A stretch of 61,400 nt of DNA, the filler included, from Deltaproteobacteria bacterium (GTDB taxonomy: Bacteria; JACQOV01), in the NCBI GenBank assembly GCA_016202395.1. It is 3 parts of 3 records of this genome, joined end to end, with 100 filler letters (N's around TTAATTAATTAA, not from the genome) between each part and the next. Parts side by side here need not be neighbours in the genome. Positions count along the whole stretch, not along the records: positions 1 to 30,381 come from JACQOV010000033.1; 2 more parts are not named here. One strand, given 5' to 3'. The first letter of the stretch is position 1, and each line of letters begins with the position of its first letter. Under the pieces are notes generated by a model, which saw nothing but the letters and a program-made list of their open reading frames with translations, was not told the origin of the DNA and ran no database searches. The translations under genes and the position numbers were made by a program. This document shows, piece by piece, positions 9,194 through 17,800 of this stretch.

Positions 9194-9772
9194 CTACCTC
9201 TTGGGTCGCGCCACGCGCTCTAAAGGGACAAAGTTCTCCGGACGCCGAAGCGGAATCAACGGCTGCCGCTTGTCCACCGGATAATCTTTTCGCAACGGAT
9301 GCCCTTCAAATTCGGGATACATTAAAATTCTTCGCAAGTTAGGATGCCCAATAAACTTCACGCCAAACATGTCCCAAACCTCTCGCTCCAACCAATTAGC
9401 CCCTTTCCAAAGAGGGACCAGGCTATCGATGGTAAGATCTTCTTCGGAAAGTGGAACCTTCAACCGAACCCAATATCCCTGGGGAACGGAATGAAGATGA
9501 TAGACTACCTCAAAACGCAGTTTCCCCTCACCCTCCCCTCTCCCCAGAGGGGAGAGGGTTAAGGGTGAGGGGTTCATCTGAAGATAATCCACTGCCGTAA
9601 TGTCACTCAACCTATCGTATTGGAGTTGCGGATCCTCCCGCAAAAACCGACAGATGGGAACCAGACCTTCTTTTCGAAGGGTAACGGCCTCCTGCCCCAA
9701 AAGGAAAGAGTGGTAAAGGATTTGATCCTGAAACCTTTCAAGAAGCTTCGTAAGAGTATGTGATTCGTTCAT
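9194..9772 (-). CDS. nuoC: NADH-quinone oxidoreductase subunit C (carries an in-frame palindromic insertion)
   Basis: DITAVDY, RFEVVYHL, ANWLEREVWDMFG, GHPLRKDYP. Confidence 0.96.
   Translation of the reverse strand: MNESHTLTKLLERFQDQILYHSFLLGQEAVTLRKEGLVPICRFLREDPQLQYDRLSDITAVDYLQMNPSPLTLSPLGRGEGEGKLRFEVVYHLHSVPQGYWVRLKVPLSEEDLTIDSLVPLWKGANWLEREVWDMFGVKFIGHPNLRRILMYPEFEGHPLRKDYPVDKRQPLIPLRRPENFVPLERVARPKR
9524..9572. repeat. CCCTCACCC/CCCTCTCCC palindromic element in frame inside nuoC
   Basis: cccctcaccct..ccctctcccc-aga-ggggagaggg..agggtgagggg; encodes PSPLTLSPLGRGEGEG between AVDY and RFEVVY. Confidence 0.88.
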
Positions 9773-10272
9773 CCGCTTAAAGAACCCTTCTCCACTTTCG
9801 CTCCGATATTGCGTTCTCGACTGACCTTCTCCTGAAGCATGAGCAAAGCATCAAAAAATTGCTCCGGCCGAGGGGGACAGCCAGGGATGTAGACATCCAC
9901 GGGAATAATTGTATCGATTCCTTGCACCACAGAGTAATTGTTGTAAAAACCGCCAGAGGTGGCGCACACGCCAAAAGAGATGACCCATTTGGGTTCACAC
10001 ATCTGTTCATAAATCCTTTTCAAGATGGGGGCTATTTTATGATTGATCGTTCCCGCAACGATTAAAAGATCGGATTGTCGGGGTGAAAAACGGGGAAGCT
10101 CGGCTCCAAAGCGAGCGATATCGTAATGGGAGCAAACCGCCGCCATCAACTCCATTCCGCAACAAGCGGTTCCAAAGGGATACTGAAAGAAAGAAAACTT
10201 CCTCCCCCAGTTGACCATCTCGTTTACTTGGGTGGTTAAAACATTTTCGCCAAAGAGATCGCCTAATCCCAC
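9769..10272 (-). CDS. nuoB: NADH-quinone oxidoreductase subunit B (GTG start at 10272)
   Basis: GTACCGMEL, SPRQSD, PKWVISFGVCATSGG, VDVYIPGCPPRPE. Confidence 0.97.
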   Translation of the reverse strand: MGLGDLFGENVLTTQVNEMVNWGRKFSFFQYPFGTACCGMELMAAVCSHYDIARFGAELPRFSPRQSDLLIVAGTINHKIAPILKRIYEQMCEPKWVISFGVCATSGGFYNNYSVVQGIDTIIPVDVYIPGCPPRPEQFFDALLMLQEKVSRERNIGAKVEKGSLSG

Positions 10273-10616
10273 TCTAAAGCCCCCTTCTTCCAAACGTAAA
10301 TTAAACCTAGAACGAGAACTCCTAGGAAAACCGCCATCTCCGCAAATCCATACCAACCCAAACTTTTAAAGAGAACCGCCCAGGGAAAGAGAAAAACCAG
10401 TTCGATATCAAAAAGGATGAAAAGAAGCCCCACGATGTAGAATTTAACGGAGAATGGCTCACGCGAAAGGCCGCTGGGAGGCATGCCACATTCAAACGGA
10501 TCCAGCTTAACAGGGGTGATTTTTTTAGGACCCAAAAACGCAGCCAGAGCGATCATGGCACTCACCGCTACCGCCGCAAAAGCGAACAAGATCAGAACTG
10601 AGATGTAAGGATTCAT
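10263..10616 (-). CDS. nuoA: NADH-quinone oxidoreductase subunit A
   Basis: PFECG, KFYIVGLLFILFDIELVFLFPWA, KKGALEWD. Confidence 0.97.
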   Translation of the reverse strand: MNPYISVLILFAFAAVAVSAMIALAAFLGPKKITPVKLDPFECGMPPSGLSREPFSVKFYIVGLLFILFDIELVFLFPWAVLFKSLGWYGFAEMAVFLGVLVLGLIYVWKKGALEWD

Positions 10617-10631
10617 GGGCCGTCGTGGAGT

Positions 10632-10660
10632 AAACTATCGAACCCCCTCCTCCTTGTCAA
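10632..10660 (-). promoter_or_regulatory. Putative sigma70 promoter of the nuo operon
   Basis: Minus strand TTGACA-17 nt-TAGTTT just upstream of nuoA. Confidence 0.6.
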
Positions 10661-10706
10661 GATCCATGACGCACCATTCCATAAGGCCATGAGGTGAAAA
10701 ATTACC

Positions 10707-11816
10707 TTACTGGCTTTCTGGCAGTGGTAGGATGGCCCTCGCTTCTTCGATAGATCGAATCGCCTCCCCACGGAAGTATATTACGTCACGGGCATAGCCA
10801 CTGATAAAAGGAACAAAAGGGGTTCCCGTGAGTTGATACACCTCCCAATAGTCATCAGAATATTCATACCAGTAAACACCCAAATCGACAAACGCAAGCA
10901 CTGTGGCCCCAGCCAGAAAGCACCACCCAAAGCCCCTTCCAAGGGCCATTAATCTCGTTGGAAGAGGCGGGAGCGGTTGAAAGCGCAATCGATACCTTTC
11001 CACTTCCGTCGGTGGTTCTGGTGGCTCATATATAAACTCCAAAAAAATTCTCCCAACCACCGCAGCAACTCCCCCCCCCAACATCGAAACGGCTGCACCC
11101 ATACCACTCAATTTCTCAAAAGAGATCTCCTCCGCCTTGGTTTGATTCGTCTGCAACTTCCCTTGCAAAGGGGGAATTAAACGATCCAATCCACCGAGGT
11201 AAGCCTGCAAAACCTCAAGTCGTCGCTCTGGATCCGAGATGCCTTGAATCGCTTGGAACCCTTCGGTTAAGGTCGTTGAATCCAAGGTTTCTACGGTTGA
11301 AAAGATCATGGTAGCAATCGGTTCTACTGCTTCAGCTCGTTTGTTCGCTGTTTGTGCTTCAAGATATCGATCCAATACCTCTTGGATGCTGCCGACCTCT
11401 TCCTCCGCTCTTCCAGAGGGGTCCACCTGTCTCAGGGGATTCCCCCAGGCGTAGGCATAAAGGTTCAAGTCAGGCGGGTTCGTCGGCTCTCTCAAAGGAT
11501 CCGGGCTCAAGAATCGAGCCACGGTAGGGTCATAGTATCGGGCCTCGGCATAGAGAAGGCCCACCTCGGGATCCGCCTCATAAGTGGCAAATCGAGAAGC
11601 GAGAGAGATTCCTCCCCGCGACAAAACTTGGGAGACCTCCCCAAAAGGGGAATAAGTCACGACCTGCAAAATATTCCTCTCGGAATCAGTGACAACACTC
11701 AAGGATTGCACAGAATCGGGATGATAATAGAGAACCCCTCCTACCCCCTTTCCACAGAGAACCCCCACAAGAAGAAAAAGAAGGACAGCCCATTCTTTTG
11801 AAAAGATAATGCCCAT
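10707..11816 (-). CDS. RHS repeat-associated core domain protein with N-terminal signal-like segment and hydrophobic C-terminal extension
   Basis: YYHPD..S...VTD, YSPFGE, GLLYAEARYYDPTVARFLSPDP, NLYAYAWGNPLRQVDPSG. Confidence 0.85.
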   Translation of the reverse strand: MGIIFSKEWAVLLFLLVGVLCGKGVGGVLYYHPDSVQSLSVVTDSERNILQVVTYSPFGEVSQVLSRGGISLASRFATYEADPEVGLLYAEARYYDPTVARFLSPDPLREPTNPPDLNLYAYAWGNPLRQVDPSGRAEEEVGSIQEVLDRYLEAQTANKRAEAVEPIATMIFSTVETLDSTTLTEGFQAIQGISDPERRLEVLQAYLGGLDRLIPPLQGKLQTNQTKAEEISFEKLSGMGAAVSMLGGGVAAVVGRIFLEFIYEPPEPPTEVERYRLRFQPLPPLPTRLMALGRGFGWCFLAGATVLAFVDLGVYWYEYSDDYWEVYQLTGTPFVPFISGYARDVIYFRGEAIRSIEEARAILPLPESQ

Positions 11817-11941
11817 GAACTTTGCTATTCTAATTAAATTTTACAAAAATGCAATGGGTAGGAACCTCTGACATCTCAAAGAATTTGATCGCAGAATGGC
11901 GCCCCTGAAAAGAATTCTCCCTCATGGTATAATGGCCAACG

Positions 11942-12910
11942 ATGACCTATCCCGAACTTCGCCGCCAAATCCAAACAACCCTTTTCTCGGCTCAGGAACA
12001 GATCCAGAGAATCAAGGTCGAGGCCTACTGGCAAGCGGGACACCACATTCGTCAACACATTCTGGAACACAAAGAGAGGGCAGAATACGGCCAAGAAGTC
12101 CTCCAACGACTCGCTGAGGACACGGGGATCCACAGAACGGCGCTGAACCGCCTGGTCAAATTCTCCCAGGCCTGGCCTCAAAAGGCAATAAGTGCCGCGC
12201 GGCACCAATTGGGATGGAGCCATTACCGAGCCCTCCTCCCGCTCAAAGATCCCAAAAGAGTTAAGATTCTCACCCGCCAAGCGATCCAACTTCATTGGAC
12301 GACCCGAGAACTGGAAGCGAAAGTTCGGGAAGCGAGGTGGACTTCACAACAAAAACGTTTAGAAATCTCACTCCTCGAAAAACCGACCCTGGGGCCCCCC
12401 TATACTTACAAAATCGTCGGTCCTGAAAAACTCCTCGCCCCGCAGGGGGATCTTTTCATCGATCTCGGGTTTACGCTCTACCTCCACACGACCCCCTTTG
12501 AAACAAAGCCCCTCCAAGAAGGAGACATCGTCACCGCGCATCAGGACACTCGCAACCACTTCCAACTCCAGAAGGCCTTGGATCTCACATCGGAAGAGCT
12601 CTTCACCTACCCCGCCACCGTTGAGAAGGTCGTCGATGGCGACACACTGCGCGCCCAGATCGATCTCGGTTTTGGCATTCGAATCCGTCAATATTTAAGA
12701 CTGCGTGGCATCAACACCCCCGAACTAGGAACCCCGCGGGGCGATGCCGCTCATGCTTTTGTTCAGAAGGAACTTGCCAAAGGTTCCCCCATCCTCATCA
12801 AAACGACAAAACCGGAAAAATACGACCGCTACCTCTCCGACGTCTTCTACAAAAACGGCCTTTATCTCAACCAACGCCTCCTCGATAGCGGCCACGCCAT
12901 CCCCGTTTGA
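11942..12910 (+). CDS. DUF1016(YhcG)-N-terminal-like domain fused to a thermonuclease (SNase) domain
   Basis: N-terminal YWQAGHHI..RAEYGQEVLQRLAED..LGWSHYRALL..WTTRELE; C-terminal VVDGDT, RLRGINTPE, KYDRYL, LNQRLLDSGHA. Confidence 0.85.
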   Translation: MTYPELRRQIQTTLFSAQEQIQRIKVEAYWQAGHHIRQHILEHKERAEYGQEVLQRLAEDTGIHRTALNRLVKFSQAWPQKAISAARHQLGWSHYRALLPLKDPKRVKILTRQAIQLHWTTRELEAKVREARWTSQQKRLEISLLEKPTLGPPYTYKIVGPEKLLAPQGDLFIDLGFTLYLHTTPFETKPLQEGDIVTAHQDTRNHFQLQKALDLTSEELFTYPATVEKVVDGDTLRAQIDLGFGIRIRQYLRLRGINTPELGTPRGDAAHAFVQKELAKGSPILIKTTKPEKYDRYLSDVFYKNGLYLNQRLLDSGHAIPV

Positions 12911-12925
12911 AAATGAATCGCCACA

Positions 12926-12956
12926 TTGACTTTGAATAGTATAACTGTTATACATT
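12926..12956 (+). promoter_or_regulatory. Putative brnTA promoter with overlapping palindromic operator
   Basis: TTGACT -35; perfect palindrome GTATAAC-T-GTTATAC (12939-12953) over the -10 region. Confidence 0.55.
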
Positions 12957-12960
12957 CCTT

Positions 12961-13245
12961 GTGCCTCTATTTGAATACGACCCCAACAAAAGCGAGATCA
13001 ATGAGAAACAGCACGGGGTCAACTTCGTAGAAGCTCAAGAGTTATGGGAGGGAAACTATGTGATGATTCCGGCGAAGGATGTAAAAGGAGAAAATCGATC
13101 CTCGATCTTAGGAAAGATCGAGGGTAAGATCTACGTCGCTATCTTTACCCAAAGAGGTGAAAAGCTTCGGATCATCAGCTGCCACAGAGCAGGCAAAAAA
13201 TGGGAGAAAATCTATGAGCAATACCTCCAAGAAGAAAAGAACTAA
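12961..13245 (+). CDS. brnT: BrnT family type II toxin
   Basis: FEYDPNKSEINEKQHGVNF..EA, R..LG, T.RGEKLRIISC.RA. Confidence 0.9.
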   Translation: MPLFEYDPNKSEINEKQHGVNFVEAQELWEGNYVMIPAKDVKGENRSSILGKIEGKIYVAIFTQRGEKLRIISCHRAGKKWEKIYEQYLQEEKN

Positions 13246-13471
13246 GAAAATCTCATCCGCCGAATTCGACGCAAAGTTTGAGCGAGAAGAAGACATCTTT
13301 AGACATCTTGATTTTGAAAAGGCGACGGTTGTAAAACGGGTCAATGTTGATTTTCCAACATGGATGCTGGAACTCTTAGATAAGGAAGCCATAAAACTGA
13401 ACATCTCTCGGCAGGCAATCATTAAGATGTGGCTTCATGATCGTCTAACTTCTCACGAAAAGATCTCCTAG
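13214..13471 (+). CDS. BrnA/CopG-like antitoxin
   Basis: EFDAKFE..EDI..LD, KRVNVDFPTWMLELLDKEA..LNISRQAIIKMWL ribbon-helix-helix; overlaps the toxin. Confidence 0.85.
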   Translation: MSNTSKKKRTKKISSAEFDAKFEREEDIFRHLDFEKATVVKRVNVDFPTWMLELLDKEAIKLNISRQAIIKMWLHDRLTSHEKIS

Positions 13472-13686
13472 GATAAGCCAACGAAAGAGATTTCCAATGA
13501 TCCAGAAGGCGCGGCTGTTGCTTAAAAAATTCCCCTATGAAAAAAATTCTGAATCCCAAAGGGATGGCTTAGCCATTCAGTATCGTGTCCCCCGAACTTG
13601 CAGAGAATATCCTGACCTAAAAACTAGCGGTGGGCAAGTAAGCTCTCTTGATCAATCTTTCAAAAGGGCTATAATCTACAAGCTCT

Positions 13687-13842
13687 AGCAGGGTGTTGAA
13701 AAACCCGTGTTTTAACAGGCTGTTCAAAAAGCTCCAGATGCGAGGCGGCCGACTGAAGCCGAGCGAAGCGTACTTTGTAGCGTACGCTGAGCGAGCGCTG
13801 AAGGAGGCCAACGAAGCAGATGGACTTTTTCAACAGCCTGCT
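13687..13842. mobile_element. MITE with CAGGCTGTTGAAAAA-type terminal inverted repeats and a central CGTAC..GTACG hairpin
   Basis: Left AGCAGGGTGTTGAAAAA plus an inner CAGGCTGTTCAAAAAGCTCCA; right TGGACTTTTTCAACAGCCTGCT; 13717-13736 recurs exactly at 61381-61400. Confidence 0.75.
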
Positions 13843-13851
13843 CGGATAAAA

Positions 13852-14856
13852 ATGGCTTCCATTACAGTCATAGGGGGAGGGGCGTGGGGAACAGCTTTGG
13901 CGAATCTCCTGGCGGAGAAAGGGGAAGAGGTTTGCCTCTGGATCTATGAGAAAGAACTTCTTCCGATCTTAGAGAAAGAACGGGAAAATAAGTGGTACCT
14001 GCCCGGGATTCGGTTACATCAGAATCTCAGATTCACCAACGATCTTTCTAAAGCGATCCAAAAACAGGAGATCATTCTGTGGGCGACCCCTTCCCAACAC
14101 GCCCGCTCCCTGATGGAAAAAGCGGCCCACTCTCTTCAACCGGGGGCCACGGTCATTGTAGCCACCAAAGGGATCGACGGATCGTCGCTCAAAACCGTGG
14201 GGCTCGCCATCGAAGAGATCGTCCCTAAAGATAAAAAGGCCATTTTTGCCTCTCTTTCGGGACCCACTTTTGCCAAGGATGTGGCTCAAAAAAAGCCGAC
14301 CGGCTTGGCGCTGGCGATGAGCGACATCTCGATGGCTCAAAGGCTCCAAAAACTTTTGAGCGCTCATTATTTTAAGGTTTACATTAATCAAGATCGGATC
14401 GGAACCGAGCTGGGTGGGGCGCTCAAGAACGTAATCGCTATTGGAGCAGGAGTTTGTGATGGTTTTGGCTTTGGCTACAGCGCTCGGGCGGCACTCATTA
14501 CCCGAGGGCTCGCTGAGATTAGCCGATTGGGGCTCAGGATGGGAGCCGATCCACGCACCTTTACGGGGCTTGCCGGCTTGGGAGACCTGGTTCTCACGGC
14601 CACGGGAGATCTCAGCCGAAACCGAAGACTGGGCATAGCGCTCGCTCAAGGGAAGAGGCTCGAAGAGGTCACACAGGAAACTAAAGAGGTGATCGAGGGG
14701 GTGGAGGCGGCACGCCATGGCTATCTTTTATCGCAAAAATACAGAGTCGACATGCCTAATACGACCGCGACCTATCAAGTCCTGTACGAAGGAAAGTCTC
14801 CCAGAGACGCCGTGCAAGAACTGCTTTCACGTCCCCCCAAAGAAGAATGGCTATAA
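13852..14856 (+). CDS. gpsA: NAD(P)H-dependent glycerol-3-phosphate dehydrogenase
   Basis: IGGGAWGTALA, LSGPTFA, GGALKNVIAI, GLAGLGDLVLT..SRN; start taken at MASITV because the upstream extension lies in the MITE. Confidence 0.96.
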   Translation: MASITVIGGGAWGTALANLLAEKGEEVCLWIYEKELLPILEKERENKWYLPGIRLHQNLRFTNDLSKAIQKQEIILWATPSQHARSLMEKAAHSLQPGATVIVATKGIDGSSLKTVGLAIEEIVPKDKKAIFASLSGPTFAKDVAQKKPTGLALAMSDISMAQRLQKLLSAHYFKVYINQDRIGTELGGALKNVIAIGAGVCDGFGFGYSARAALITRGLAEISRLGLRMGADPRTFTGLAGLGDLVLTATGDLSRNRRLGIALAQGKRLEEVTQETKEVIEGVEAARHGYLLSQKYRVDMPNTTATYQVLYEGKSPRDAVQELLSRPPKEEWL

Positions 14857-14896
14857 CAGACAAGCATTTAATGCGTCTGTTGAGGATGCTCTATTC

Positions 14897-17800
14897 ATGA
14901 CACTGGCATCGGCAAAATCTGTTGTGGAAACGAAAACAGAGAATCTCCTCCAAACAGTCCGGGAACGACTGGACCGTGGAGAAAGGGAGTTGCATTGGGT
15001 GGGGCTCAAAGGAGGAGCGCTGGCCTACCTTCTCAGTAAGCTCATTGTGGAACAACGTTTACCATGCGTGGTTTTGACCTCCTCGAGCCAACGGGCGAGC
15101 GAACTTTTTGACGAGGCCCATTTTTTTCTTCAGGGGATTGAGGAGATCAAACCTCTCTTTTTCCCGTCACGACGGTCCAAGCCATTTTACCTAAGCCCCC
15201 CTTCTCTCCCACGCTTCGAGCAAAGAGCGGAGACCCTTCTGGCCCTTTCTTTGCAACAAAAAATCCCGATTCTCTTTACCTCCATCCATGGGTTGATCGA
15301 GAAAACGCTCCCTCGGAAAGAGTTCCAATCTTTAATTCAACCGGTTTCTTTAGGCGACTCCATCGATCGAGAGATCTTGTCAGAGGCCCTCCACCAACGG
15401 GGCTACACCCGAACATCGCTCGTTCAGGGAAAAGGGGAGTTCTCGGTCAAAGGGGGGATTGTCGATTATTTTCCAATAGGGGCCTCTCTTCCCATCCGGA
15501 TCGAATTTGGGGAAGAGAGGATCGAATCGCTCCGTTCTTTCGATCCTAAGACACAAAGATCTCTGACTTCGGTTGAGGAAGTCACACTTGCCCCTCGAAC
15601 TGAGTTTGTGTGGGGAAGCGCCCAACAAGATCGCCTGAAACACAAGCTCAAAGAGCGGGCCGACGAGATTGGATTTCCAAAACCGACACGCGACTCTCTC
15701 ATGAGCGAAATGGAGAATCCTAATTTCTCTCCGCAGATCCCTCCTCTCCTCCCATTTTTCCAAGATTCTCTGGCAAACTTGCTTGATTACCTCTCTCCCA
15801 CTACACAATGGATTCTTGAGGATCCCATCGATTTAGATCGGGAATGGGAAAGGCTTAAAAATGAGATGGCGGAGAACTATCGCTTGGCCTCGGAGTCGCT
15901 CCTTCTCCCCGCTCCAGAGAAGATTTTCTCCTCTTTCGAAGAGATCAAAAGGGATCTCCAATCTTACCCTAAAATTTTTGTCGATAAGATCGATCTTTAC
16001 CAGGTGGAATCTCATTTCGGTGAGACTCTCTATTTTCAGTGTCGAGATCACAAGGGGCTTCGCAAAGAGATGTCGGAACACCGAGATCAGGGGCTCGCTC
16101 CTCTCGTTCAACAATTGCGAGAATGGAGCTCTGAAGGGATTCAAACCTTTATTGTGGGACATACGGAAGAGCGGCTGAACCAACTGGCTCCACTACTGCA
16201 AGGCCATGGTCTCCCTACTCATCTACGAACACATTCTCCTCACCCTTCCCCCTCTCCCTTATGGGAAGAGGGAAAGGGTAAGGGGATAACTTTGATTCCA
16301 GGGAATCTCAAAGAGGGCTTTGTTCTTATCGACGAGCGAATCTCTATCCTTACTGAAGAAGAGATTTTTGGTTCCCGTCCTCATCCCCCCTCCACGCGAT
16401 CGGGCCGTCAAGCTTTTTTGAACACCTTCTCCCAGTTGAAAATGGGCGACCTCGTAGTCCATCTGGAACATGGGATTGGAGCCTACCAAGGGCTCCAACA
16501 TCTCGTGGTCGATGGAATCCCCAATGATTTTCTTCTCATCGGTTACGCCAATAACGATCGACTCTACCTTCCTGTGGATCGGCTTCGGCTCCTCCAAAAA
16601 CATATCGGGGCTGGAGGCAAAAAGCTTAAGCTCGATCGGTTGGGAGGGGAACAATGGGAACGGACCCAGGCTAAGGTCGCTCGATCGGTTCAAGAAGTTG
16701 CTAAAGACTTGGTGGAGCTTTATGCAACTCGTTGCCAAGTTCGAGGGCATGCTTACTCCCCGCGAGATCCCCTCTTTCAAGAGTTTGAGGCCTCGTTCCC
16801 TTATGAAGAAACCCCCGATCAACAAACAGCCATTGAAGATGTTTTGACCGACATGGGAAGCGAGAAGCCGATGGATCGACTCCTCTGTGGAGAGGTCGGC
16901 TACGGAAAAACCGAGGTGGCCACACGCGCCGCCTTCCGCGCGGCAAGCGATGGAAAACAGGTTGCTTTTCTGGTTCCGACCACGATTTTGGCCCAGCAAC
17001 ACTATCGAACTTTTATCGAACGACTTCAAGGCCTTCCCGTAAGAGTGGAGGTGCTCAATCGTTTCGTCCCTAACCGAAAACAGAAGGAGATACTCCAAGA
17101 TCTCAAACTGGGAAGGATCGACATTCTCATCGGCACGCAACGGATCCTCCAGAAAGATGTGATCTTCCGAGATCTCGGCGCCCTGATTCTTGACGAAGAA
17201 CACCGATTTGGTGTCCGAGACAAAGAGAAGATCAAGCAACTCAAAAAATCGATCGACGTTCTCGCAATGACTGCGACCCCCATTCCCCGAACGCTGCAAC
17301 TCTCTCTGATCGGAGCCCGAGATTTGAGCGTCATCAACACCCCTCCCATTGGAAGGCAACCGATCGAGACATTCCTAGTCCCTGACAACGATAAGATGAT
17401 CCAAGAGGGGATTCTAAAAGAACTGGAAAGGAAGGGGCAGATCTTCTTTGTTCACAACCGAATCGAGACACTCACCGAAACGGCCAATCGTTTAAAACAG
17501 TTAATTCCACAACTCCGTATCGGGGTTGCTCATGGACAGATGTCCTCTCAACAACTGGAGAAGGTGATTATCGATTTTATCGATCAACGAACCGATTGCC
17601 TGGTCTGCACCAGCATCATCGGATCGGGAATCGATATCCCTTCGGCCAATACCCTCTTTATCGATCGAGCCGATCGCTTTGGCCTCTCCGATCTCCACCA
17701 GCTCCGAGGGCGTGTGGGGCGAAGCTCTGAGAAGGCCTATGCCTATTTGCTCGTTCCGACTTCGTTGATCTTGACCCCGGAGGCCCAAAAGCGGCTTCAG

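Noticed and set aside
13497-13688. 63-aa ORF after the BrnA-like antitoxin
   Set aside because: No recognisable motif and no support beyond being open.
13693-13851. 53-aa N-terminal extension of GpsA in the ORF track
   Set aside because: It lies almost entirely in a MITE; GpsA homology starts at MASITVIGGG.
16259-17359. Long antisense ORFs opposite mfd, gpsA, nuoG and others
   Set aside because: They are shadow frames of well-supported genes with no independent features.
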